A stretch of 64,000 nucleotides of DNA from Styela clava (lineage: Eukaryota). The notes beneath the pieces are model-generated. The model had not been told where the DNA came from. It saw nothing but the letters and a program-made list of their open reading frames with translations, and did not search any database. The DNA lies in assembly GCF_964204865.1 (NCBI RefSeq), contig NC_135250.1, positions 8,928,001 through 8,992,000 of the forward strand, given 5' to 3'. Shown one piece after another: positions 53,745 through 64,000 of the stretch. Both the position numbers and the translations under genes were made by a program. Every line of letters starts with the position of its first letter. Within the stretch, counting starts at the first letter, position 1.

Positions 53745-54090
53745 CGCGCCGGTTTCCTGGCGTTTGCTGGATCGTCCTTAAGGCTGCAGCTGACCCCTCT
53801 GGTTTGTATTCTCAATCGCCCTGGCTGTTCGCTGATCTAGCTTGCTCTCCCTTGGCGCCTGGTGTGCATGCTGCTGACCCCTCTGGTTTCTATTTCCACT
53901 CGCCTTGGCTGTTTGCTGCTCTGGCTTGCTCTCCTGCACGCCGGATTCCTCACATTTCTTGACCTTTTCTGGTCTACTGATTCGTCCCTACGCCTCCCCT
54001 GCGCCACCGCTGCAGACGAGGACCGGATGGATTAGAATCTTACATGATTAACAACGTCACGCTTGGCAGCCCACGCTAAAGCTAATTTCA
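53745..54090. repeat. Truncated second copy of the right end of the GC-rich modular repeat
   Basis: CCCCTCTGGTTT, GGCTGTTTGCTGCTCTG, CCCCTGCGCCACC and GATTAACAACGTCACGCTTGGCAG are shared with 49000-49310. Confidence 0.8.
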
Positions 54091-54154
54091 CCGACAAATA
54101 AGAGATTTAGAGTCCAGTGGGTTGTGGGTCACAGGTGGCGCCTAAAAGTAATTG

Positions 54155-54561
54155 TTACTTATCGATTTTAATCGGTAAGTATGTTNNNNNNNNNNNNNNN
54201 NNNNNNNNNNNNNNNNNNNNNNNNNNNNNNNNNNNNNNNNNNNNNNNNNNNNNNNNNNNNNNNNNNNNNNNNNNNNNNNNNNNNNNNNNNNNNNNNNNNN
54301 NNNNNNNNNNNNNNNNNNNNNNNNNNNNNNNNNNNNNNNNNNNNNNNNNNNNNGATATCTCACGAAAGCGAGATTGAATCTGCTCCAGATTTTGCATGTG
54401 CATTCATCATATATGATTTTTGATGAATTATGTCATATAATTAGCGAGTTATTAATTAATTAGTGATGGGACACAAGGTGTCACTATGGAGTAAGAGTGC
54501 TGTTTTGGGATCCCCTAACTTTCGATCGATAAGTCTTCGGTCTCTGACTGTTATTCTCGTT
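54155..54561 (+). mobile_element. Microsatellite-core element (Helentron-associated HINE/DINE-like), spans the assembly gap
   Basis: Subterminal inverted repeats ACTTATCGAT / ATCGATAAGT, small 3' stem CGGTC-TCT-GACTG, TT ends. Absent from the paralogous site in block A. Homologous to 58754-59041. Confidence 0.65.
54186..54353. other. Assembly gap (168 N)
   Basis: Run of N. Confidence 0.99.
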
Positions 54562-55697
54562 TTTTTATTGTCAGATTTTCATTTGTCAACATAAATTTTG
54601 CACCTGTCGTTCGCCATTGAATCCAACAATTCAACGGGTTATTTTAGCACTCGATGGTGCTAGAAGATGATGAGTTCGAATAATGTTTGAATAAAGTTTT
54701 TACTGTTTTGATCAGCAAACGTACAGGCAAAAATCAGTTTTCACGGGTCCTAATTTCATAGTGCGACGCCACTGAAGCGTAAGTTTGGCAACCAGTATTA
54801 GGCTACATTCAAATACATAACTCTTCTCTTCGTTCTTCATCAGAAAATGTCACGTAGCCCACCAATAATCTCATAAAAATTCAGATTTTTTATGGCTACT
54901 TCGCATTAAATTTTGTGCTTTCTGTTTCATGCTTTATAATTTATATTATTGATGAGTAGACTTGTCCCGTGGCTTACGGTGCAACAAGGGTGAAATTGTT
55001 GATAACGGAAGCGAAAGAGATGATTAAATATTCAAATAAAAACATATAGCGTATCAGTGACCAATAGATATTGAAAAACGTCCTACAGAGAGGAATTAAT
55101 TAAAAACACCATTATCATAGAAATCACATGTGATATACTTCAAAATAGCGTCAATGAATCCAAAATTACAATTAAAATATTATATATTTATTTACCTTCC
55201 GAAAGGTTTACTTGAACACGTCACGTCCACACGTCCAACTAAAAACCTTCGTGTCCTTTAAACACGTCCAACTAACAAAAAAATAACCAAAAAACGAGCA
55301 ATCATTAATAAGCAAAAATACATAAGGTCGATTTTTGTGTGGCTGGAAATACCTTTGGGCATTAAATAGTTTTATGGAGTGCATTCGCAAACCAAATTTC
55401 TGACTATCAGTGAAGGGATACTAAAACTGCACTTTCTGTTTTATGCATGCGTAGTATGTACATACAGTTTTATTTAGGTTCACTCCAAGTTGAAAACAGC
55501 AACCATTGAATATCATATTTGAATTAAGTCACATCTCAATAAATCAGAGACAATATTGTCCGTTGCAGCAAGTCGATAATTATTAAGTCAAAATTACATC
55601 CGATGTTATCTAAGTTTAAATAATTTAAGTGAAATCGGAGATAATTCTCAATTCTTTCTTAACAGTGTACGTGTATATATGACAATATTATATAGAC

Positions 55698-57305
55698 CAG
55701 GGGTCTGCAACCTTTTGAACTCCGCGTGCCATTTTATGAATAATGAGCACCTTCGCGTGCCAAACATTTTTATGTGTTTAGTTTGCCTAGTCAACTACCT
55801 GATTTGAATAGTCGGAATCGGAAATTTCCTTTTCTTATCTGAAACAGTCGCCGTGATTACACTTTCGTAAAAATAGCCGACTTTTTCAGCGTATACCGAC
55901 TGTTTAGTCGCGTAAAATAATCAATTCATGACAGCTACGAGAATCTATAAAATTTCCTACTATATTGATATAATTGGGTCCAACGTAACTCGCGGCTGCG
56001 TCTTCTTGCGTCAAAATATAAAGATTACTAGTCTAAAATACCGCTCAATCTGTTGACGTATAAAAATATGAGATAATCATGCCTGAGTGTATTCAGTTTC
56101 GATACTTTTTTGTGATCTTGCGAATTCGTTATCGCCGTTAGAAAAATCTCAAGATCTGTAATAAAAATCTCGTAGAGTACAATTAAATACATATAAAGTA
56201 TATCAGTAAATCAAAAATACATATTTATCGCCTCGAAATCCCCGCGGCTTTTTCGACGGATAATAATGGTTTTTCTGTTCTGCAAAGTAATCAATCCATG
56301 CCCGATACGGCCATATTTAAAATGTCTTGCTGTATTATAATTTACTTGTCTTCCATTTAACCTGCAGTTGCGTCGACAATATAAACGCATACGCATCACT
56401 ACACTAAAATACCACATCAATCCGCGGACATAAAAATGTGTGGTAAACTTCCCGGTTATATCTAGTTTTGATCCGTATTTTTCCAATTTTGCGAATTCGA
56501 CAAATCTGAGCTGTACTTGCAAAAATGACTCCGCTCTATCGCAATGCTGCCACTCAGATTTTGTACACGGAGTAAAATTTATTGGGTACAACGAAAATTG
56601 ATTGAATATACTTTAATTAATTATCTTATATCTCAACGCGACTTGGGGGAAAGTCGCGTTTCCAGCCTTATAATATGGATTGTATAATATTAACACGAAA
56701 ATTCCCGAAGGCAATTTAAAGTAATTGATAAAAAGGTAAATCCGCGCAACATTTAACCGTGTTTCTATTCTAATGGCTTTATGATTCTCAATGCCGCTCA
56801 AACTTATGTGTGCACCAGGCACACGAAATTTTGCAATTTACAATGCCTAAAGAAGTTGAATTCCATCAATTTTTTAAAAAGTGAAGTAAAAGTAATTTAT
56901 TTTTATTTTCGATACCAAAGAGATTGGGATTTTATTGGACTACATTCATTTCATCGAACGATTTAAAATTTCACCCAGGTTTTTGATGGTTTATAAAAAA
57001 TGGACTGAAATGTAGAAATTTTGGTATAATTGACATATTTTGTGATGATTCCTGACACAAAGTGTTTGATTGTGTGGCACAGTTATTTCATATGGAATTG
57101 ACGCACTGGATTTCAGTTAATAAAGTTTGAATGTTTGCAGTGCTGTAGGACATTTCTTCACCCATTTAACGATTTATTACCAGAATTTTAAGAGATGATA
57201 GAGGCCGCTTTTCCGAAGTGGAAAAATGTCCTGTAGTTTCACGTCCTGTAGTGTCACATACAATATGCACATTATTGGCATGGATTTACAATGTTACATT
57301 AAGAC
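55698..57305. mobile_element. ~1.6 kb hAT-like insertion upstream of IB paralog 2; only the left end is recognisable
   Basis: Starts CAGGGGTCTGCAACC with CGCGTGCCA subterminal motifs, flanked by ATATAGAC / CTATAGAC. Absent at the paralogous site (~50600). No matching right TIR. Confidence 0.65.
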
Positions 57306-57763
57306 CTATAGACTATGGAGTATTGATTAAAATGTACTGGGATTTTTTTATAAATATCAATTTCGAAGTTGAACAAGACTTGGCAAAAACAACAGTTCAC
57401 GTGATATCTATATTTTACGTACTTTGAATAACTTAATCTGCAAGTTTGTCGCGACTTTCGTAGCAACAATTAATCACGGTCTTTGTACCCACGGTCAACG
57501 AATGCGCGGTTAAAGATTAGGTTATTACTTTGTTTACGAAAAATAATTTTAATTTTTGGTTGCGTTATGAAAGTTCATTACTTCTTAAATCATAAGGATT
57601 ATCTCAATTCGAATGCCAAGTTTGAGTCGATTATCGTCATAGAAAATAGATATATTTCGGTATATGTGATATGACCAACAACTCTTCCGGAGTAATCGAC
57701 TTTTTTGTCGACGTTTAATAAGCGTAATCATTTGAACCGGTTACATAAACCTTTTGGCATTAG

Positions 57764-57771
57764 TATATAAA
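57764..57771 (+). promoter_or_regulatory. Candidate TATA box of IB paralog 2
   Basis: TATATAAA inside a non-coding block conserved between the paralogs, ~390 bp upstream of the ATG. Paralog 1 has TATGTAAA at 51046-51053. Confidence 0.35.
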
Positions 57772-58155
57772 TGAGAGGTTTTCCAATATTCCAGCATATT
57801 TAGGACAATGTTAATCGAAGATCAGCTCGCTAAATTCAAAAAGCTGGAAACTTTGAATATATTTTCGAAATATCTGAACGCATTCTCAAAAAAAATCCAA
57901 ATTGTATGCGGTAATAATCAGTATTTGTTTTAACACGACAGTCTTGTGACAGCATTTTGACAGAGTTGAAATACTCAACTAATTTGTGTAACTCAGCATT
58001 AATATTTGCAATAATTGAAAGAATAGTTGAAATTTTGAATGCTTTATAACAATACTAGAAAATTTTCCTCATTTTTGAGGGGGAGGGGGGTATTTACTGT
58101 GAAGACGTGTACTTTTTTAGATATTATAACATAGCATCCAACCGATACAACAACA

Positions 58156-58814
58156 ATGAAAATGTTCGTATTGTTGGCGTTTTGCATGATTATCGTCGCC
58201 TGTGACGCATTGAGCTGTCCCAAGTGCAATCCGTGGAAATGTCCCCACTTACCCTGCCCTGGAAGATCCCGAGTTCTCAACCCATGCAAGTGAGTTTTCC
58301 TCTCAAGCGGAACGACGAATATTTTTCAGGACATTTTCAATAAGAAAATGTTTTCGAATTGTAAAACGAAAAGGATAATGCCAAACGATTGGAGTAAATC
58401 TCAATGTCGGAACCATAGATTATAAATAGCCCAATGTTTATTAGAATATTTTCCGAGTTTTGCTTTAATGATTTTAGGTGTTGCAAAGAATGCGCAAAAC
58501 TGGAAGGTGAACCATGTGAAGGAATATGGAATATTTACGGAAAATGTGACCCCAAAATAAAGGACTTGAAATGCGTCAAGGGTCCAATTTGTGACAAAAA
58601 CCCAACGGATGATTCCGACGCCTCAGGAGTCTGCTTGCGAAGAAGAACCGTTGTATGTTTATAAAACAAATTATATTCACGTTTAGCAAGACCAGCGCAT
58701 GAGGAGTATATTGTTCTCACTCCTTGTACTGAGTATCTGATATAAGTGAATCATTACTTATCGATCTTTAGATCGGTAAGTATGTTGATAGGTATTTGTC
58801 TGTTTGTCTGTCTA

Positions 58815-58851
<37 letters not shown>

Positions 58852-59366
58852 TAGATGCACGCGATATCTCACGAAGGCGTGGTTGAATCTGCTTCAAATT
58901 GAATACGACAAATGATTTATGTCGTATAATTAGCGAGTTAATAATTAATTAGTGATGAGACACGCGGTGTCACTATAGAGTCATGAATCGAAACCCCAGT
59001 TTCGATCGATAAGTCTTCGTTTTTCGACTGATATTCACGTTCAAATAATTAACTTGAAATTACTGTTATTTTTGTTGAACTTTCCCAAATTTACGTCGGT
59101 AATGACAAAGTCACATTTGATATGATTTGTGTGAATGTTTGATCTGAATGTTCATTATATTGTATTCTGGCCAACGAAGTCATGTATATTCCTTTCCTGT
59201 TTAAATATAAAAATATTTTAATAGGAAATTAATTACAAATAATCATATACACCTAAAGTTAAAAAATATTCATAATGTTAATAATTTTTTTTTTCAGAAA
59301 AATATTAAAAAAACGTGCGATAAGTACCCACTTTGTGAGAAGAGGTATTATATTAGGTTACAATGA
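58156..59366 (+). CDS. Secreted single IGFBP N-terminal (IB) domain protein, paralog 2 (125 aa, 3 coding exons)
   Basis: Exons 58156-58289, 58478-58652, 59298-59366: MKMFVLLAFCMIIVACDA-LSCPKCNPWKCPHLPCPGRSRVLNPCKCCKECAKLEGEPCEGIWNIYGKCDPKIKDLKCVKGPICDKNPTDDSDASGVCLRRRTVKNIKKTCDKYPLCEKRYYIRLQ*. Same intron phases as paralog 1. Confidence 0.92.
58754..59041 (+). mobile_element. HINE/DINE-like element with (TCTG)n core in intron 2 of IB paralog 2
   Basis: ACTTATCGATC / GATCGATAAGT subterminal inverted repeats and an internal (TCTG)n tract at ~58797-58850. Absent from intron 2 of paralog 1. Confidence 0.7.
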
Positions 59367-59836
59367 CGAATTTTCCTTTACATTGCCTGATGAACAACAA
59401 AAAGTAGCAAAACTTAATAAATGTTTAATTTTAATTTCAAATCTTATTGCATTGTTTTGGTCGTCGCCATTAGTATTTAAATGAGTTGAGTTTTGGTGAG
59501 GTTTATGTCATATGCGATGCGAGCCAGAAATATACCACAAGATTTTCATGGGGGTGGCTTACATCGCATCATTAATATTATGCGTTATTGTAGCTCAAAC
59601 TAAAATGTTAACCTTGAGATATACCGTTGCGTATACTGGGGCGATTCGCAAATTGATTCATAGATGAACATATGACTTCTGAGGGAATATAGTGACCAAT
59701 CCCCCCACAAAATAGACCGAAAGTTTGACCCACACAACAAGCAAATTAGAATTAGAATTAAATCAGACTTACCTCACTCAAAGTATAGAGACAATTCCAA
59801 ACCGGAAAGATTCCAGTTCCAGTAGTAGCCACTTAC

Positions 59837-61486
59837 CTGACAATGGCTGACTCTACAGATCCGAGAAAGGTGTATAAAATTCCGTATACAAATTTATGTG
59901 GAATGAGGTCAGAAAATTTAATCTTTAGAGGTTTACTATAATTCCTGAAAAAAATAGAGCGATGCTCAAATATATGGACACGAAGACCAAAACGAAGAAG
60001 TAGTCTATCTACCTTTTACGGTACCGGTACCATCGAAAAAGTCGAAAGGAATCAGAATTTGTATTTTAAAAAGAATTCTGGTAAGGATATTATAATCTCA
60101 TGTAGTGAGATAGTGTAATAGCCCGCAAATGGTTATTCACAGCCAATCTGTTGGGGAATATTGCAAATCCTCAAACCAAAATTCCATGAGAATTCAGAAA
60201 TGCATCAGAGAAATTCGATACTCATAAACAACTTTTGTACAATCAATGATATTGATATATTTGAATAGCGTACGAGAAGTACGAGGGGGATATTACAATT
60301 GGAATGAATACTGTGCTAAGCGGGTAAAATGAAACCATACTTTAGATGTGTAATATATAATTAATATTACTGATGATAATTTTTTTTGTAAACTCCACGG
60401 AAATTTGGCAACGAGGAAGTTCTCTGTTCAAATAAAAAAACAGCTGAAGCAAACAACTGTGTAATTGCAAATTAAGAAATAAGAACACGAATACCTTTAT
60501 AAAAGATAAAGCTCGCTCTTGTTTGCTGTCACAACTCACCTATTTCTGATAATCAATAGTAGTGACGTTAACCGAAAAATCAAAATTGTAGTTAAGGTTT
60601 TGATTTGGAGGAAATTCCCAGGAAATCGGTCTTAGTCAGTCGAAACCACATATTTGCCTCCAGATAGCAAACAAATCGCTCATTTTTCAGTTTCTATTAA
60701 AAAATAGGATCAAAAGTTTATTATCTACTAATCCAAGTACGTCATTTCAATGTGTGTATTAGAACAAGGTAAGCATGAACTCACATAATAGAGAAAACAG
60801 AGACATCAGGCAACAAAATTGGAGATTGGAAAACGTAACTTTGCAACGATCCAATTTATGAAGTAATCGAATAGAGGTTGTTTTTTCTGAAATATATATT
60901 CAATTATGCTATTTTTATTATATATATTCCTAAATGGACACTCGCTAGTTAAAAGTTGAATAAACGTAAAAAATTCGAAATATACACCCCACTGCGCTCA
61001 TGCACCAAGAGATTGAGTTTAAAAATGCACTTGTTATATTGTTGTTATATACGGTATTCCCGTAGTATATGTACCAGGTTAGAGTTAGGCCATAATTTTA
61101 TTCCGAGTTCCGGGACTGTCTGTGTTAGCCAAGTTAATATCCCCTTGCCCATAGGTTTCAATCACTTTACACAACTTAATGTAAAATAGGTGAACAAAAT
61201 TAGTTACCTCAATATTGGTACACACACATCTGAAGGGTCGTTACATCTGCGTGGAACAGTTTGTTTCGACTTTTTATTCTGCGCCATGTAATTTAAGCGT
61301 TTTCCTAATACCTGCTGTAAAATCTTTGGCCCCAAATTCGTTTTTGAATCGGGTTAAAGAGGGGTTACTGGTGATTTGCGTGATAGTAATTCTACGCTCT
61401 TGTTGGTAACATGAAATTGCAGTTATGGCGCTCACTAATTGGTCAGGAAGAACCCAGAACAACACGAAGACAATCAAGTGAAGCAT
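59837..61486 (-). pseudogene. Decayed multi-exon gene for a signal-peptide-bearing protein
   Basis: ATG at 61486 gives MLHLIVFVLFWVLPDQLVSA-ITAISCY; after a frameshift it continues ..NLGPKILQQVLGKRLNYMAQ..RCNDPSDVCVPIL to a donor at 61207. Further AG/GT-bounded segments at 60886-60785, 60693-60540 and 59944-59837. Phases do not join cleanly. Confidence 0.45.
60995..61130. mobile_element. Fragment related to the left arm of the intron-1 foldback MITE
   Basis: TAGTATATGTACCAGGTTAGAGTTAGGCCATAATTTTATTCC resembles TGGTATGTGTACCAGGTT..GGCCATAATTTTATTCC at ~2457-2504. Confidence 0.5.
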
Positions 61487-62559
61487 GTATTATTAGATAT
61501 AAGAATCAAAATTCATAACAATAGTATAACAACGCGAGAAAGTACGACAGTTGAATTGGTTTTACTGGGCATCAGTTATATTGTTATAACATCGAATTTA
61601 TACAATATATTAAAGACGCCACTTAAATTTTGTTTGTTTACCATACATGCTAATAACCAACCAACCTCGTGTCATGCAGCATGGCATCCTTACGTTGTCC
61701 AAGCATTGCCTCTTTTTAGACAACTAATCTTGCTGTTGACTAATATCCGGCATATTTTTCCGTATCCTATATCCATATGGGGTGAGGTAAAGCCAGATAA
61801 GTCGTTATGAACTTTTCTTGTGACATCACGGCTCACTAATAGAATGTAGATTAGCATACAGCGAACACGAGTGCAGGAATTTTACTCAAAATATGTGGAA
61901 TAATTCTAATATATATATATATATATATATAGCAATGTTATGTTAAAAATTCACTGTCAACGAACGATACAAAATAAATAATGGCGGGTTCCAAGCTTGT
62001 TGTACATGTATGACTAAAAGTTTCAGAATGTTAATTACATGGAATCCAGGAAAACGATAGATGCAATGTTGATATAAATTATTCGCTGAAAATTTTGACG
62101 ACAAATATATTTTCAATGTTATTGTCTTCACAATTGCACTTGATCAATAATCTGGTAATTTGACTGTAGAACAAGCTTCGAGAGTGGAAATCATTTCTCA
62201 TCTATAAATAGAATTAGGTGGAGTGAAAATAGTTTTTATGCAGATTTGTTTATACCCAAACTAAATTTTCCAAGTCTGCTTGTGAGGATAAAAAATGATT
62301 GGAGAAATTCAACAAAAATAAATGCCAGAATCTCGTTCGGTCACATGAAGTCTAAAGTTTATATTTTTTCTTATGCAATTCTCCCCTATTTAGCCGTGAT
62401 CAGAATCCTAGGCATTTAGACCATGATTGTATTTATAATATCGCTTTAATATCAGCGAATACTTGAATAAATAGTCCTATAAACTACGGAAAAAAAACAA
62501 TATTTTAAACAATCAGGAAAGACAAAACGACTTTACTCATTCATTCAGAGATATCTAAA

Positions 62560-64000
62560 ATGTGTACCTGGCAGGGAGTGTATATTTTGTTATGCATTTC
62601 ATTTCTAATAACATGCGGGAAACCCGAGGGCGATAATTTCCCACCTGGTCATATGGAACCTCTTGGATCTCACATGCCTCCCATTGAGATAGAAGTCAGA
62701 GAATCAGTACCAAATCCAGTTGAATTTTATCAAAAATATATCAAACCTGGCAAGCCGGTTGTTATGAAAGAAGCGGCAAAAGTGTTCGAAAACTATAAGA
62801 CATGGAAGAACGACACTTACTTAAGGTATGTGACAAAACCAATGTACAATTTATAAGCAAAATATACATTCAATAATTTTTAAAGATTGCATCTATCGCA
62901 GTTTGTATTTTTAATAAAATATTATCCCGATAAATTCTAAATTCCTGGCAATAAAGTAGTTGCATTTCATACGAGTGTACGAAATTATAACGAACGAACC
63001 AGTCTAATGGTTCATGTCTATTAATTACCCCTCAATCAATAGTATTTCATTTCATTTAGAGAAAAGTACGGAGATTGGTTCATATCTGTAGAAGTTGGAA
63101 AATATGAAGGAAGTGTATTTGGAAATGATATTGAAATTCCATTCCGAATATTTATTGATTATTACAAAGAAAAAAATATCTATTTAATTACAGATATTGT
63201 GAAAGATAATCCTATGAGAGGTAATCAAATCTATCATTCGACATAATCTCAACTTTGATGCGTTTAAAAAATGCGGCACCAGATAGAAACAAGTGTCAAA
63301 CCCCGTCTCCACTGACCGTGTTTCTCTTTGACTTTTGTCTATACTCTATCCTATGCAGATGGCTGATTATTCGATCTCACTCCTCAACGAATAATCTTTG
63401 TAATACCGTCATTTTCTATTTTCTTGAATCATTGGGATCACTTAAAGAATTTTAATGTTTATCTGTATTAATATGTTGTCAAGATTGCCCCGACTGCATA
63501 TGGCTTCCTGAAAATTCCTACTACCAAGTACCAACTTTTAGAAGTTTGGAATTCCGATCCTATAAAGTTCAAAATTTCACCTCCGACAGACAGGCCTTTA
63601 TTATTGAATTTTGGCCCTTCAGTAGCAAGCTTGCTAAATATTCGGCTATAATATGTTACGAATAATATTATTATAAACCGCATTTCCACCTTCTATTTTT
63701 TCAACCATTGTGTTTATTTTTAGAATTCTAACATTTACTTGACCCAATATGTCTCTTTGCTCCAACCGCATAAATACCGGCAAAATATCTATTATGAGTA
63801 TAGTCGAAGTAAATTGCATTTGATTCTTATCCAGATGAAGTCTCACTACTGAAATCGATGGCCTGTGGAGGATATGCTGAACTCGTGGATAGCGTTATGT
63901 TGTTTTACTCTTCTGCAAGCACACAATCTGCTTTACATATGGACGACATTGAAAACATGCATTGCCTCTTCGACGGACAAAAAGAATGGGTTCTCTTTGA
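62560..64000 (+). CDS. JmjC-domain (cupin-8-like, JMJD7/JMJD8/HSPBAP1-type) 2-oxoglutarate oxygenase with N-terminal signal peptide; 3' end outside the window
   Basis: Exons 62560-62825, 63060-63220 and 63835->64000 join in frame: ..PNPVEFYQKYIKPGKPVVMKEAAK..W..DTYLREKYGD..VEVG..PFRIFIDYY..IYL...SALHMDDIENMHCLFDGQKEWVLF. Contains the HxD iron-binding motif and the G.K.W.LF JmjC strand. Confidence 0.9.

Larger units (their letters stand above)
48990..60150 (+). repeat. Older tandem segmental duplication: block A ~48990-53744, block B 53745-60150
   Basis: Colinear similarity from GATTAACAACGTCACGCTTGGCAG (~49273/~54045) through the IB-domain genes to TAGTGTAATAGCCC..CCAATCTG (53744/60150). Block B carries extra TE insertions. 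The left edge of block A is approximate. Confidence 0.88.

Noticed and set aside
54117-54423. ORFs spanning 54117-54423
   Set aside because: Artefacts of translating the N run.

Overview
AT-rich eukaryotic (animal-like) genomic DNA with short GT-AG introns. The ORF track is almost entirely noise because the real genes are split into small exons. (1) 1291-~47390 is a head-to-tail tandem array of a ~9.2-9.6 kb unit (4 full units plus 1 partial). Threading splice sites by hand, each unit carries an 18-exon, ~461-aa gene I cannot assign to a known family. It has an N-terminal MGIACCKC plus polybasic (dual-acylation-like) motif, an internally duplicated NGxF..LRxY..LQ.T..WE..LLWAS module and a charged coiled-coil-like C-terminal half. 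Copies 1, 2, 3 and 5 look intact. Copy 4 is interrupted in exon 1 by a 1954-bp TTAA-flanked piggyBac derivative and has also lost a splice donor. The units are mosaics of each other and carry MITEs and apparent transposon-excision scars. (2) A GC-rich modular repeat with a tRNA-like Pol III head ends the array and also marks the junction of a second duplication. (3) That duplication holds two diverging genes for small secreted single-IGFBP-domain (IB/SIBD-like) proteins. (4) A decayed minus-strand gene follows, then the 5' part of a signal-peptide-bearing JmjC (cupin-8-like) gene that runs off the window. All gene models are manual and unverified by transcripts or database search. The organism cannot be determined from this window.
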